Positions 1 through 14,300 of a DNA stretch of 64,000 bases are shown in pieces. The notes beneath the pieces were generated by a model. It saw only the letters and a program-made list of their open reading frames with translations. It searched no databases and was not told where the DNA came from. The stretch is from Tubulanus polymorphus (taxonomy: Eukaryota > Animalia > Nemertea), in NCBI RefSeq assembly GCF_964204645.1, contig NC_134036.1, forward strand, positions 4,060,600 to 4,124,599, given 5' to 3'. The position numbers and the translations under genes were made by a program. Each line of letters opens with the position of its first letter. The stretch's first letter is position 1.

Positions 1-1320
1 CGTTTGATATGTTCCATCTGCAAGTGAGAGAACACAAGAGATCAGAGGAACAGGCAGGAAGGTATGATTTAGAAAGTGGAACTTTTACGATGACCAGCCT
101 GCTTCTTGGGCGGACGGGTGGCTGGCTGTCCGAGGATGCATAGACCTTGGCTGAATAAATGACTCGAGCCAGTGGCGGCTGTGTTGTAGGCCTACAATAG
201 TAGTACAGACCATCCACAAGGCGTCTAAATCTTCCGTGCTCAATCTTTACACGTCATAGCCAAAGGGATCATTCATTAATTACGTACGCATAAAATTTGA
301 ATTTTTCAATCCCCTTCCCCCGCTGTACGCAAAATTGGCCATTTTTTCTTATACACTAAGCATTACAGTACGCGATTGCACTGACCCCTCCCCCCTCCCC
401 TAATGCGTACGTAATAAATGAATGACCCCAAATGGAAAATGCCGGGCCCGGTTGCTCAAAAGTTGGTAAAAGATAACCAGTGGATAGATACCGTAGTAAC
501 GATGAACTTTTAATTGTCACTATGTCAACAATCCACACTGGTTAACTCTAACCAACCTTTGAGCAACTGGCCCCAGGCAGGTATCTTTAGTTCTAGTTCT
601 ACCTATTACTGGCCAATTTCAACATCTTGAAGATTTTTGCCAGGTACGGACTTTTGTTGTTAAATCAGTGAGTCGACGAGCACTGATATGTGTCCTGCCT
701 GAATAGCAGGTTTCACTAGGATTCGAACCCTCAACCTCTCGGTTGTGAGTCAAACACCTTATCCACCATGACACACAGGACAGGACAATCTTTTATCTGG
801 GACCAGGCTCGATGCACAGCTAAGGACCGGACCAAGCGGAAGAAGTTTGTAACGGGCTTATGTCCCAGAAGGGAAGGGATGAGGAGGATTAAGAGAGAAA
901 TGGAAAATGGATAAATGTTCCTTTCCCGTTCAATGGTCGGATCGGAAGGGTCGGTCGGTCCAAGCAACAAGTTGTTAGGCGACTTTTATTGATCTTATTG
1001 ATGAGAAATCGATCATTGATTGTTGTTTATATCGAAGAGAGTAGTTGCAGTTTCATTTCTTCCAATCAATCCTCCTCCTCAAACTGACTCCCCAGCCACT
1101 CACCGAGCCATCGAGATGTCTGACTGGAGAATTTTGTTCTTACCGTTACGCCGTATTTCAGCGCGATTCCTTGCAACGTTTCGTCCTTCTCGACTTTGTG
1201 GTGGATATAGGTTTCAGTACGGGATATAGCCGCCCGCTTAGTCGTGCCGTAGTGGCCGTGAGATCGGGCCATTTTACCGAAAGAAGCCTTCTCTCCCGAT
1301 CCACCGCCTCCGGTCGCCAT
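1..1320 (-). CDS. LysM domain-containing protein (LYSMD1/LYSMD2-like), 5' part; continues off the left edge
   Basis: Exon 1 is 1320-1144 (MATGGGGSGEKASFGKMARSHGHYGTT...YIHHKVEKDETLQGIALKYGVT) and ends at a GTAAG donor in phase 0. Exon 2 starts at 17 after a TTGCAG acceptor and reads MEHIKR. The joined HKVEKDETLQGIALKYGVT-MEHIKR matches the metazoan LysM consensus (H.V...DTLQGIALKYGVTMEQIKR). Confidence 0.92.
263..429. mobile_element. MITE family A
   Basis: Terminal inverted repeats (TIRs) GGGATCATTCATTAATTACGTACGC and GCGTACGTAATAAATGAATGACCCC. An inverted second copy lies at 8794-8960. Confidence 0.75.
444..574. mobile_element. MITE family B
   Basis: TIRs GGGCCCGGTTGCTCAAAAGTTGGT and ACCAACCTTTGAGCAACTGGCCC. 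A second copy lies at 27945-28075 in reverse orientation. Confidence 0.75.
600..778 (-). mobile_element. tRNA-derived SINE (partial)
   Basis: The minus strand reads TGGTGGATAAGGTGTTTGACTCACAACCGAGAGGTTGAGGGTTCGAATCC, a tRNA-like head with A and B boxes, followed by a non-tRNA body. Confidence 0.6.
790..897 (+). mobile_element. 3' fragment of an RTE-clade LINE
   Basis: Translates IWDQARCTAKDRTKRKKFVTGLCPRR, resembling the RTE ORF C-terminus (W..A...AQDR..WR..V.GLC). Confidence 0.5.
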
Positions 1321-1965
1321 TTTGCGGGAGAACTGTCAAATAAATTTTTGAATTGAATTTACGAAAAAGGGGTCTTGACGGTGGCGCCATCTTGCTCATT
1401 TTGACCTCTTTTTAATGAGAATATGGTTATAAAATGTCCTGATTGCGTATTTTGTATGTTTCAAATATGTACCAGCATGTTAGTTTTACCTTTCCTAAAA
1501 TACATTTGAATTTGAACATTTTTTGCGCATGTACGCCGCCGGATCACATGACCACCCATACTGGACAAAATGTCCGCGCCCATGAAATTGAAATAAAATC
1601 GAATATGCCTCTGAGAGGGCGATTTCTAGTCCTCGAATAACCACGAAATATCGACGATCTTAACATTTTAAAGAAGAATCATCGGTTATCCACGTGATGT
1701 CGTCATTTTACGCTAACTCTAGCCAACCGTAGAATACCGAATAAATGGAATAAATCGGGCTCGAACCGAAGCCACATTCAATATTCTGCGCGCGCCGCGT
1801 CATCCAATGACGTCATTGTGCAGCGTTGACAGTTGGCTGTCGCCTTGCGTCTAGCACCAACCATTCCAGTACTATTGAGTTGTGGTGTTTACGTTGTCGT
1901 TATTACTCGCAGTATTTTGGATTAAGTTAAGCCGTAATTCGACGGTTTTCGCAGTCTCTGTAAAC
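1321..1965. promoter_or_regulatory. Probable bidirectional promoter between the LysM gene (-) and the fasciclin gene (+)
   Basis: Only 645 bp separate the two divergent ATGs (1320 and 1966). The interval has a YY1-like GCCATCTTG (1386-1394), an E-box CACGTG (1691-1696) and a CRE TGACGTCA inside the palindrome CAATGACGTCATTG (1805-1818). Motif function is inferred. Confidence 0.55.
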
Positions 1966-4900
1966 ATGGATTTATTCGGTAGCGTTTTGTTGCTTATGTC
2001 GGTGATGTTGATGACCGCGACGGTCACCGGTCAACAAACGCTGACCGAGTGGATGGCGTCCCAGGGCGATCTCAGTCAGGTAGGTCGTGTCCTAGTTTCA
2101 CAATGTCAATAAATATCTCCAATCTGTCAAAACTACTAAGGATTTGTTCGATTTTAAATCCGTCAATTTCACTTTCAAATTTGTTTTGAATTTTGAATAT
2201 CGATGTAGTTGGTTTTTGTATAGCCGTCAAAATGGCTATATCATTGTCTTTTCTACTGCTGATAAAACAAGTCTCAGATTTTTTTTGATTTGTGAAAAAT
2301 GGGTGTTTCCTTCTCAGCAGGGCTTACTGTCAAAAATGAATTTCTTTGATTTAGGTAAATTTAAAAAATGGTTACCCAATAATGCTTCGATCGCTTTTAG
2401 TTAAACTTTTGATCTTGAATTTGTAAACAGTGTATTTTTAAGCATTTGTTTGAAATTGATTAATCGATTTTGAAATTAGTTATAGAATAAATTTTTAGAT
2501 TAAAAAAAAGGTTTTTCTTCAGACAGAAGTTAGTTGCAAAATATAATGTTCAAAACTATCGGAAATGATTGAGACATTTGTCCATAGCAAGTTTTTTAAA
2601 AACTTTTTCGAATTTGTTGCATCTGACAAGCAAGGTTCCATACATTATCATCACAGGAGGACTCACAAATATAAACATTGAATTGAATTTTCTACTGATG
2701 ATTGTTGGATTAAATAGGTTATTATTCAAAGAAAAAAGTCATTTCAATTTTGATTAAGATTTAGTCTTTAGAGGAAATCAAACGCAAAGACCAACTTACT
2801 ATTTAGCGAATATGGCGAATTCAGTGGAATCCTCGATTGCAACGGTATCCTACAATTTCAGGTTTATCGAATTGGAATTGAAAATTAGCAATTTTTTTCA
2901 TACTTCAACCATTTCCAGCTTCCATGGTTTATGGAGAGAGAGAGTCCTATAATATATACGTATTTACAAAATGACTGAAAATATTAACTTTTCATGGAAT
3001 AGGGCCAATGTGCTATTTACAGTATCGGAGTGATCTAGGCCTATATTCATCTAAGCCTATTTTTTGATGTATTATGCTAACTGGGTTGTCGGATTTTGTT
3101 GAACCAAAATTGTTGGGATGTCTTTACGTAAGACACGTCATCTGGTGGCACGAGTCTTTGAAATACATTAAGATAAAGATTAAGATCAGATAAAACCGAG
3201 TTAGCGCAAAAATTCGACGAGTGCAAATCTGTTTAGAACGTATTGGATAAGAATTGATATTTTCTGCCGGCACTGAGAAAGCAAGCATACATCGGTATTA
3301 GCGCAGGTCTGACTGAAATAGAGAGAGAGCTCTTGATCCAGTTGAAATTCAACTAGAATAACATCGCCTTATTTCCGAGTACCGTACGAGTGATCTTTAT
3401 TTGTGAATTGAAACGATTTCGCGAAATATTTTCTTTTCGATTGCACGATGAGACCGTTTCAGCCGAGGCCTATTAGCCTGACCTGAACCTCCGTAAATCT
3501 TCGAACCAGTCTAGCCCTTTTTTACTGTCAGTCAGTGTCGATAGGGACCCAACAGGATGAATGCTACCGTGGCGCAATTGATAATTCGAACTGCAACTAA
3601 AGGAGTGCTGGAAATTTTCTGGCCTGCTCGCAAGGACATTTTCTGTCTGGTTTTGCATTTCGAAATCTGTTGCTCTGTTTGTGTGAAAATTATTTGTCCT
3701 GTTTTCATGACATTTGGACATGTCCTGTGTTTGCATGGACAAATTACATTTTTGTCCTGTTTTCATGGACATTTTTTGTCGACTGCTGCAAATTTTGCAT
3801 AGGAGTAACGTTGAACCCAAATGGACTACGCGAAATGCGAAAATCATGCTGAACCAGGGGCCTAGGACTCTTGATTCCTTAAAACCTCCTTCAAAACAGA
3901 AAATCCTTCGAGGATGATAATTACCTACACAGTTTACGGAGATAAACAGTACCGATTTAGGAGGAGTCTACTGTAATTGGGATATGAAAGTGATGCAGAC
4001 GCTTCCTCGAAATTTGAAATCTTTTCTTTAGAAACTCCTTATATCCAGGAATAACCGATCTGTAGTAGGGACCTTGCATAGGCCTAGTTATCTGTAATCG
4101 AACTAGGGTTCTTCTTCTCTGGCCTATTCCGAAACCTAGGCTTCGTTTTCGCGATCTCGAGTAATGGCCGCGGATTCGTGAAAAATCTCGCCGAGCACAT
4201 AGGTGCCCCGATCGATTCTGCCCTGGACAGAGTGGATCTTTTAAACGAATTCACATTTGACACAGTTAGTTAACGCGTAGATGTCTCTCATTTGAATTGA
4301 ATGAGCATTAAATTCTAATCGTTAGTGTGTAATATCGTGTACATGTTCGCCTATTCATATATGCGTGCACAGGTAGGCCTTCGAGCCTAGTAGTAAAGTA
4401 GACCTACAAGCGGCACATAGCAAATTCCGCACGTAGGCCTATACCACCGCGTAATAACCCGAATCGGGACGCGTTTGGTTTTTAAGGAGAAAGACAATCG
4501 AGTGTTTTCGACAATATGCGAAACGAAATGGCTGAAGGCGCACAATACAAAAACGTGTCCTCGTTCGTCTAAATATAGTCGGTCTCTCTCTCTCGCGAAG
4601 AACGGGTTTGATTTCAACGGGCGTTTCCGGGCGGTTTTGTCGCTCTTGAAAGTTTTGATTTATCGGCATCGTTTCTTTCTAATTGCGCGCCGCGAATTCC
4701 TATACGCGTATATGGTTTTTTTTTAGCAGGGCTACCTATACAGACATTAGTTCAGAACTTCACCTGAGACGTTTTAAATCGAAAATGAACTACAAACACC
4801 AGGCATTAGACATTTTATCAGCGCGCTTTCAAAAACTGATCTTGCACACTTCGCATGTGTTCAGTGCTTCACCTGAGACATTTCTAATTCAAAATCAACT

Positions 4901-5261
4901 ACAGACACCAGATATTAAAACATTCACGATTGTATTTGTCATTTTGAAACCGAATTGCCAATATCAATGACATAGTGCACATCGACTCGCACAGAACCCC
5001 TTTATTAACGCATAGTAGGTAACTATATATATATATATATATATTATATATATTTATATTAGAAACATTATTGTAACGGTTTTTACGGGCGTCAAAAATA
5101 TCTCGTTATCCGGTGGTGGTATTTCGCGTCAGGTCAGGCTGTTTTAGTTACGGTTCGTCGTAATCAAATATATTCGTGTCGAGTTAAGAATACAAATATT
5201 TGTAACTCGTTTATCAAGATTTTCACATGCGGTTCAAATATATCTCTTTTCGACGAAAAGT

Positions 5262-5334
<73 letters not shown>

Positions 5335-8300
5335 GAGTCCATGTGCTCCATTGCACTATGTGTGCCTGTGAACCAGACGACGCTTGTTAAGAATTGTCGA
5401 GGGTCTCAACACGACATTTTTCTCAATGATTCGAGGTGTTTTGAGGTTACGCAAATTTGTTCAACGTCGACGGTAAGCGGAATGCTCTTGCACTCTTACG
5501 GAGACCTGTAGACCCATTTATTTATGAAGAGACCCATTTATTTACGAAGATCGTATGTTTGCAATTTTTTTATCAGGCCAGGGTTTTGTGTTATTCTGGT
5601 TTTTTTTTAGGGTGGCGATTGATTTGATTCTGGATCCAGTTCCACAGTTGTGCGGGTTTAATTTGACTCTGGATCTGCCCAGTTCCACAGTTGTGTGGGT
5701 TTAACCAGACTCGGGATCTGCCAATTATTGCATTTGTGTGGTATAATAGTGGACCCAGTTCCACACTTTGTGGGTTTAATTTGACTGTGGAACCAGATCC
5801 ACAGTTGTGTAGACCGTAAGATTAGACTATGGATCCAGTTCCTTTTCTCGAAACCCCGCAGATCTCCACCAGTCTTCGAAATGTTCAAGAAATTCCCTGA
5901 TGCTGACTCAAATCAATATTTCAAAAAAAATCTAAAAATGAAAATACTGTCTTCATACTTGAATATTTAAATAGCGTAGGTATATAAAAGTGCCTCTGTT
6001 GACACAGTTGTAGGTAAAGTACAAACGTGTTAGTACTATTTTTTCGATCGTGGTTTTATCGATATTCGTGGTTACGAGGGCCGTGTTTGTCTGTGTCTAC
6101 GTCGTTCGGCCTTGCGGTGCGGTGCGGTGCGCGATGTATTTTTTTGCAGCGTATCGAGTAGCGTTGATATGTAATATGTATATATATATATCATCGGAAA
6201 CTCGGTGTTTGTATTGTCTGATTTCGAATTCGTGTATTTGCTTAAAAACGACAGTGGACAAATAAAACTTTAGACTTGTCAGATTCGAAAATATATAGGA
6301 ATCTTATAAGCAGATGCCATCACGAGTCCAGAAGCTTATTTTATCGGACCAAGATATGAATGGTTCAAAATAGAATGGTTCTGAGAGTTACTTTCAGTTA
6401 GCACATGGTGGCACAAATTGTAACCACTGGATGCACACAGCGGATATTTTGTCAATAGATGGAAAATAGATGGTGGAATTGATATGGCCGGTTTCGTCCA
6501 TCAGCTCAAAGCTGTTTGGAAGTACTGGGAGAAAATGCGCAAGATTTCAATAAATTTTTTCCCATTCTACTAAATCGATGCTTGACCTAGTTTTATGACA
6601 TCACAGGGAAAGCCCTTCAGAAGGGCATCATCACTTGGAAATCCCTCTAGAAGGGCTTTCCCAGTGACATCATTATGGAGAACTGTTCTACCATGTACTT
6701 GTGACTTATAGGGGAAACCCATTACCATGTATATCAGTTGAACATGCTTACTACACAGTCTACGATGATTTCATCTTTATCAGCTCTTTATACGTAATTG
6801 CAAATCCAAGAACAAATCGATTTTTGTGCTCAAAACTAAAACGTACTCAGTTGATCCTACTGAACCCATGGTCCTTTATTAGCTATAGTGGCCATCTAGT
6901 TCGAATGCCTGCTATATCTTAAGACTATCATTGACTCCCATGATGTCGTCATCAGGTGCCAGCTTCGAAATCCCCGTGACGGAGGATGGCGGTTTGTACC
7001 ATCGCAGGGTGACATCAGGTTTGAATCTCTGGTAGGGAGGAACGTGGTACTGTAGAGTCTCACGATGCCATCAGGTTCGAATCCCTGCGAGGGAGGAACG
7101 TGGTAGAGTCTCTGGATGGATGCCATCAGGTTCGAATCCCTGGGAGGAAGGAACGTGGCAGAGTCTCACGATGCCATCAGGTTCGAATCCCTGCCAGTGA
7201 GGAGTGTGGCATAGTCTCGCGATGCCATCATGTTCAAATCCCTGCGAGGACGGAACATGGCAGAGTCTCTAGGTGCCATCCTGTGTATTATATTTTACTT
7301 CCCTAAACCAAATGTAAATTGATATCGACCGATCTGAATAGAAAGAGAAAATGACTCATTCAGCTGAGCAGATTTATTATCGACCTATATAGGCCTATAT
7401 AATACTGGTACAGACAAATATTGAAATAAGTAACATCAGTTTCTATTAAAAAAAAAAAAGAAAAACTAATCGATTTTTTTTCGCATTAACGGAATGTTAA
7501 ATCGAATTTTCGATTCAATATACATCGTCTACAGATAATTAATCATAATAGATACTCATTTCCGATAACGCTGAATGTGAGGGCTATATCAGCTTGCGCA
7601 GCTGCTGACTGCGTGTTTTTCCTATACGCAAAGCTGCTGCATTCGGGCCTGTAAATACTGCTGCGCAAAAATGTCATTCATCGCAGTGTAAAATAGACGA
7701 CTAGAAAAGGGAAAAATGCACGACAGGAAAAATTACTTAGTCAAACACGAGGTTAATTACGATATGTTCATATTTTCGCCGGCTGCTTGTCAGAATACGC
7801 ACTTCGATTTGTGTGCTTAGCTGGCTTTCTTCGATGCAAATAGGCCTTTGTCAATCTGCAGGCTCTAGAACCACTACCACCACCTTCCTTTCAGACATTC
7901 ATTCAATTACTGATGAAGTGGGATGTGCGGTTTGAAAGTGATAAAATGATACCGATAAAATGTCTAATATCTTGTGTTTGTAGTTGATTTTCAATTAGAA
8001 ATGTCTCCTGTGATGCGGTGAACTCATGTGAAGTGTGGACGATCAGTTTTTGAAAATCAGTCGATCGGATACTCGCGAATAAAGGACAGACTCCAGTCTG
8101 ATTTTTATGGGATCCAGTATTTAAGACCTTTCAGTGCGTCTACACCGCAGTGCGATGTATAGATAGGTGAAGGACATTGCTAGTACACCGCATGGCGCTG
8201 TATTGATGTTAATAAAAAGTAATTAGTTTCTATACCCTATATTGATAGATGCCAGCACCTGTCAAACATAGTGAAATATTAGTTACTAATGATACACTGC

Positions 8301-11300
8301 ACTGCAGTGTAGACACACCTTAGCGGTATGCCTGTTATTCAACGCACTGGGGTGCACGTTTCGGAAAATGTCAAATCATCGTCAGCACTTTCGGGTATTG
8401 ATTAGTCAACGGTGAAAGCGTAAACGCCCTTTTTTGCGTAACGCGGGAAAAATTGATAATTCTAATTCGATATAGATATTGCAGTTATATTCGACCGAGC
8501 GCTAGACAAACATTAACACGTATAGCGTAGTAGATCGGGAGCCTCTATTCGTACATACACGCGGTGACACTGCCACTTCAAAGCTGTGCGTGAATTTTTT
8601 TTTAGGCGCACTGCTATCGACTTGATTGTATAGTTCTAAGCGGTTGAGGACGTATAATGAGCTGGAATTAATGCAGTCGACGACAGGTTGTTTTTCGAAA
8701 GCGAAATCAATTCGTCAATTTCCTGTATATGATATTAGAGAGCGTACCGGTTTTTATCGGACGGATACGTCGGTGCGATCTACACAGACTATTAAGGGGT
8801 CATTCATTTATTACGTACCCATTAGGGGAGAGGGAGGGGTCAGTGCAATTGCATACTGTAATGCTTACTGTATATGAAAAAATGGCCGATTTTGCGTACA
8901 GAGGGGGGGGGGGTTGAAAATTTCAAATTCTAGGCGTACGTAATAAATAAATGATCCCTAAGATAATCGCCGGTCTTAGGTGTGAGGATGTTGCATTCGC
9001 AAACAGTGTCGAGTAGTAATAAGCAGGTTCGAGTCCTACCGGAGCTGCTTACTGCGTGCGGGCAACTCCTCAAAAGCCGCGGTCCTGTCGTGAGGTTAGA
9101 TGAACAATCCAATGAGGGCGGTCTTCGTAAACGAGAATCATTCAGTACCCAGTAAGGTTCGAGTCCCGCTGGAAGATGCTCTGACGGCGTGTGGGCTTCA
9201 AAGTGTCTAGAAGTCGAGAAGATCTAAACTATGCTAAGCAAAACAAAAACAATCATTCAATTCAATCGATTTTGATTGATTGATTGATTTTATTTTCATA
9301 GAACATAGTTTAGTATAATAATTTATCTTACAAAATACCACAATGAACTATGAAGCCCCGGTGACTATGAAATGGATGATGACAATGATACAATGTCAAT
9401 ATTATAAGGCTTATCTATGGTAAGCTATTTTCAAAACAACATACAACATACAATGGTAATACTACAAAAACTATTATATAACATAAACATACCATGATAG
9501 AATATTTCGATGATATGATAAGGAAGGTTTAGAAGGCAGCCTGCCTTAAAAGAAGGTTCCCTGACTATATATAAGCTATATACAAGATGATGTCATAGGT
9601 AGATTGCGAAGGCATCCATCTTATATCTATCCGTTATCATCGACCGGTCGTTCAGGTATACATCTTATTGTCATCGCAATGAACTAAACAATTACTTTAA
9701 AAAAAAAACAAACCGCGATGTCATTTTCGTACACGTGTCGACCGAACGAGACGCGTTCGAAAGCTCTTGTTTTATTCGACGATAAACGCAGAAGTAGTCG
9801 ATCGACTCGGTATTTTATGTTCGAGATCGCGGAGATGTCGGAGCCACCAGATGTTTGCGTCGTCGAAGCCCCTACCTCTATGTACACGTATATAAACCTA
9901 TCTATCTATATATCGACTATATTCTATTACCGCTGCTGCTGTAGATCGTACCTATTTGCGAAACGGTTTTCGTCGACAGCTGTTTTTTCGCCGCGACGTT
10001 ATCGCCATCGCAGATATTTCTAATCGGTGCCCAGCACCTCGCGTGTCGTCGTTCGATTTCGCGATGATTATCGCGATTTCGATTATATCTCCGTTGGTAT
10101 CTATCGATCGTCGGGTGCAGACCTGCCTCCTCGCGATATGTTCAATTCGTCCAACCCCCTGATATCTCATAAACGGGAAACTATAGCAGTTGGTCCGCGC
10201 CGAATTTGGCACGGCTCGAAAAACGCTTGTGACATCGCCGCTTATATCATAACGCCTGGTTCGCGGCAGTATGGCAAAACGGTAAAGGCCCATCTAGTTG
10301 GGCTCACTGTTTAAGGCGCCATGCTGGTCGAATGGCAGAATTCGGTCATCTTTGGTAGAGTCGCATTGTAGGGTTAATCGGATCATACAAATATGTATTT
10401 TAAGCCAATGGTCTCAATGATGAAACGACCCGCTACAGATTTAAGATTAGTAGTATTCACCTGGGACATTTTCTCACGTGTTCACTACTTTACCTAAGAT
10501 GATTTTAATCGAAAATGAACTACAAACACCAGACATTAGACATTTTATCAGCGCGCTTTCAAAAACTGATCGTCCACACTTCACATGCGTTCAGTGCTTC
10601 ACCTGAGATGTTTTTGATTGGAAATGAACTACAAACACCTAATATTAGACATCTTTATCAGTACACTTGCAAAAACTGATCGTCCACACTTCACGTGTTC
10701 GCAGGACATTAATTTCAGACATTTTTCATCGAAAATGAAGTGACAAACACCGGATACAAGACATTCTATCAGGAACGGTCTGAGTGAGGCCTCGACAAAA
10801 CGAGGAGTTTTCCGGTTGGGACTTTACTGCGTCTATCGGTAAAGATAGGTTAAGCGACGAATAAGGAACGACTAAGAATCGAACGAGTTATTAAAGCGTT
10901 TTTAGAGAGACGACAAGAAGCGCGCAGCTAAATTAATTACTCGCGCGCCAGCTGCGACACGACCGCGAATACAGTAACACCTGCGTTTATAGACCAACAC
11001 CTAACATCAGCTCATATCATCGTATATGATAATATGTATACAATATAGATTATAGATTGAATACAGTGTTCGTCTGCGTTCATCTTCTTATTGTGTTAGA
11101 GCTAATAGATTTGTTAACTGCATACAACTTCCATATTGAGTCGGGATTTGCGGGGTTTCGCAAATCCGTTAAGAATGCGAAGGTGGTCACAATCATCATT
11201 GTAGTTTTGAATACTCCGCGGTCGCAAGATGTCTTAACATCTATCGAAGCGGAGCTCGGAGATTTCTATATTATGTTTCTTTATCCTGTAATTTCAAATA

Positions 11301-14300
11301 TTCTATTTTCTAAACTGACCAGTCCCCCACCTGACTCCAGTGGTTGTGATTTAGTTTGTTATGGAGCTTTCTGCAACCGGCCGCTCAGCTTTTACCGCAA
11401 ATAAACTTAAGATAGAAAAAAAATAATAATAATAATTGTACTGAATCATTGAAGTCATTGAGAATGAGAAGTTCGTCATTAGTAACAAATCAAAATCTTA
11501 CTGAATTGTTGTTGAGAATGAGAAGGTCGTCGTCAGTAACCGATCATAATTTTGCTGAATCGTTGAAGTTATCGAGAATGAGAAGATTGCCATTAATAAC
11601 TAATCATAATTTTACTGAATTGCTGAAGTTATCGAGAATGAGAAGGTCGTCATTAGTAACTAATCATAATTTTACTGAATCGTTGAAGTTATTGTTCTTA
11701 TCTGCGTGGATTCATGGATTTCCTTGAAACTCGCTCGCAGAGAATTGAGACGGGTTTATCTTTTCCGCACTTGTACCGAAAATTCTTGCGGAGCCAATGA
11801 ACTATTTGGTGAGCTTCGAAATTTTCATTTCGAAGAGCGGCGCTAAACCTCACAGCGCGACTGTTCAGGTATCCATTTCGACAATTGAATATTACGACAT
11901 GTTATTTTCGTTATATATTTTCAGTGGAATGCGTTGTTGAACGCGAACCCGCAGAAAGCGGCGTTGTTGGCGATGAAAGGATTCGTCGTGCCGACGAACC
12001 AGGCGCTGACGACGTTCAACTATCGATACAACCAGACGCTGGATCCGAAAGATCTCGTCGCGCAATACACGACCGGTAAGTCGAATACGCGCACGGCCTC
12101 GCCATCCGGTGAGAGCATTCGTAATAAGTCGGGCATTGATACAGCGTAATGTGGGGGGCAGGGTTAATCTTTTTGTAGTGCGTCTACACGGCAGTGCGTA
12201 GTTTTTTAAGTGGTATTCTAGATAGAGCCTTAGCCCTTACAGCGCTTTAACACTGTAGTGCGGTGTATGAATTATTTGCTAGTACACCGCATCGCGGAGT
12301 TACGTTGTAAGTAATTAGTTTTTTAAAGCGGTATTCTCAATAGGCCTTATAGCCCTTACAGCGCTTTTACACTGCAGTGCGGTGTATGAATTAGTAATAG
12401 TATTTGCTAGTACACCGCATCGCGGAGTAATGTTGTGAGTAATCAATTTTTTAAGCAGTATTCTCAATAGGCCTTATAGCCCTTACTGCGCTTTTACACG
12501 GCAGTGTGGTGTATAAATTAGCGATAGTGTCTGCTAGTACACCGCATCGCGTAGTAATTATGTTATTAAGTAATAAGTGTTTTTCTCGATTGAAAGATGG
12601 CAGCGCCTGTCAAACATAGCGCGATATTAGTAACTAACTATACACCGCACTGAAATGTAGTTGCACTTAAGCGATATGCCCGAAAGGTTTTTCCTCGTTT
12701 GAGGAGACGGTGAAACCGATCATAAATTCAGTCACGCAACGGGCCTCTCCGAGTACGCTTCACTGCAGGGAAAATGCGGGGAACTTGTACAGGAAAGTGG
12801 CGCCACCTTGAACTATGAATCCCGACGCACCGCTCTTATTACATGATATCTCTCGATCGATGTCAATTTTAGGTTCATATACAACATTGGACACGGCGAC
12901 GACCACGATGTCCGACGAGAGAGACACGGCTGATGGTACTCATATGTACATCCGGAAAGTGAATAACGTAAGTGTTCGTTTCATTAGTACGTTGCACGAT
13001 CGGTAGACCGGATGTCGTCTCTGTTATTTCAAGTCGACGACGAGTGTTCCCACAATAATAGTAATGATCAGATAGTGTGTCTTCCTTAGCGAAGCTGCTC
13101 AGAGCGCTTTACATTTTTCAGTATTATTACCCCAGCTATAGGCGCTCAGGAGTCAGCAGGCCAGGTGCCAATTTACTCCTGGGTGGAGTGAGGCAATGAG
13201 GATTGATTTAGTGTCTTGCGCGAGGACACTACGGTAATGTACGGGGTTCGAACCCACGACTTGGCTTCCGAGAGCCGAAAGCTCTAACCACTTCGCCGCG
13301 CCGCCCTACAACAATGGGGGTACCAGCGATGCTACCGTAACGACAGAGGACACTGCGATGATCCGCCATGTGTCGCTAATAGTTAGCGGGTTACTGCGCT
13401 TCAATTTTCGTACCCAACATTTCGATTACCGGTAAATTCGAATCGACTTCTTATATCTATCCGATGACTCCTTCCATAATTTTCATATTTTTGGAAGCCT
13501 AAAAATCATGTAGTAAACAGTGCGGATTTATGAGTGTTCACCCTGCCACACTAGACCAAGTGCGATCATTATCAGCCAATCAGATATCCCGTTTTATTTT
13601 AACCCGGGTTTTCCCGTTTATAGTTCTTCCGTGAAATTTACCTCAGCGATTATACAACGAGCAATCTGATTGGTGCCGCAAGTTTTCGTGCGGCAAAGCT
13701 GCGCATGTATCCGCCCAACCGGTCTGTGGTAGAGGGTCTAGCGATGCCATCATGTTCGAATCCCCGCTGTGTGAGGATGCTCATATCCAGGAAGGACCGA
13801 TCTTTAGGGACCTTAAACGAATTAACTGTCGTGTGATTTTTTTTCTTTTTCGGTATTTTCGTATAGGTGCTGAGAGTGAATGGCGGCGCCGTGGTGCGCG
13901 AGCAAGTACTTGCCAATCAGGCAAAGGCGTTCGTCGTCGATGCCGTCATGTCCTCCAAAATGAGCGATCTGCAAACTATATTGGCCTCTCCAAAGTTCTC
14001 GTGAGTATCTCCTGCTCTTAAAACCAAGATGCCAACTTTTCACATGCTTGTTAGGCTGACAGTTGACCCGTACAGCTCCCATCTGGTTTATGGTGACCCG
14101 TACAGCTCCCATCTGGTTTATGGTGACCCGTACAGCTCCCATCTGATTACTGATTAATTTGAACAGAAATATGAAAGAGGTTACTCAGGGTCTTACTGTT
14201 GATTACTGATTAATTTGAACAGAAATATGAAAGATGTTACTGAGGGTCTTACTGTTGATAACTGATTAATTTAAACAGAAATATGAAAGATGTTACTGAG

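Noticed and set aside
13230-13306. Possible tRNA gene
   Set aside because: There is no closed acceptor stem, and it runs into a CORE-like body and tail, so it is a SINE head. The same holds for 720-775.
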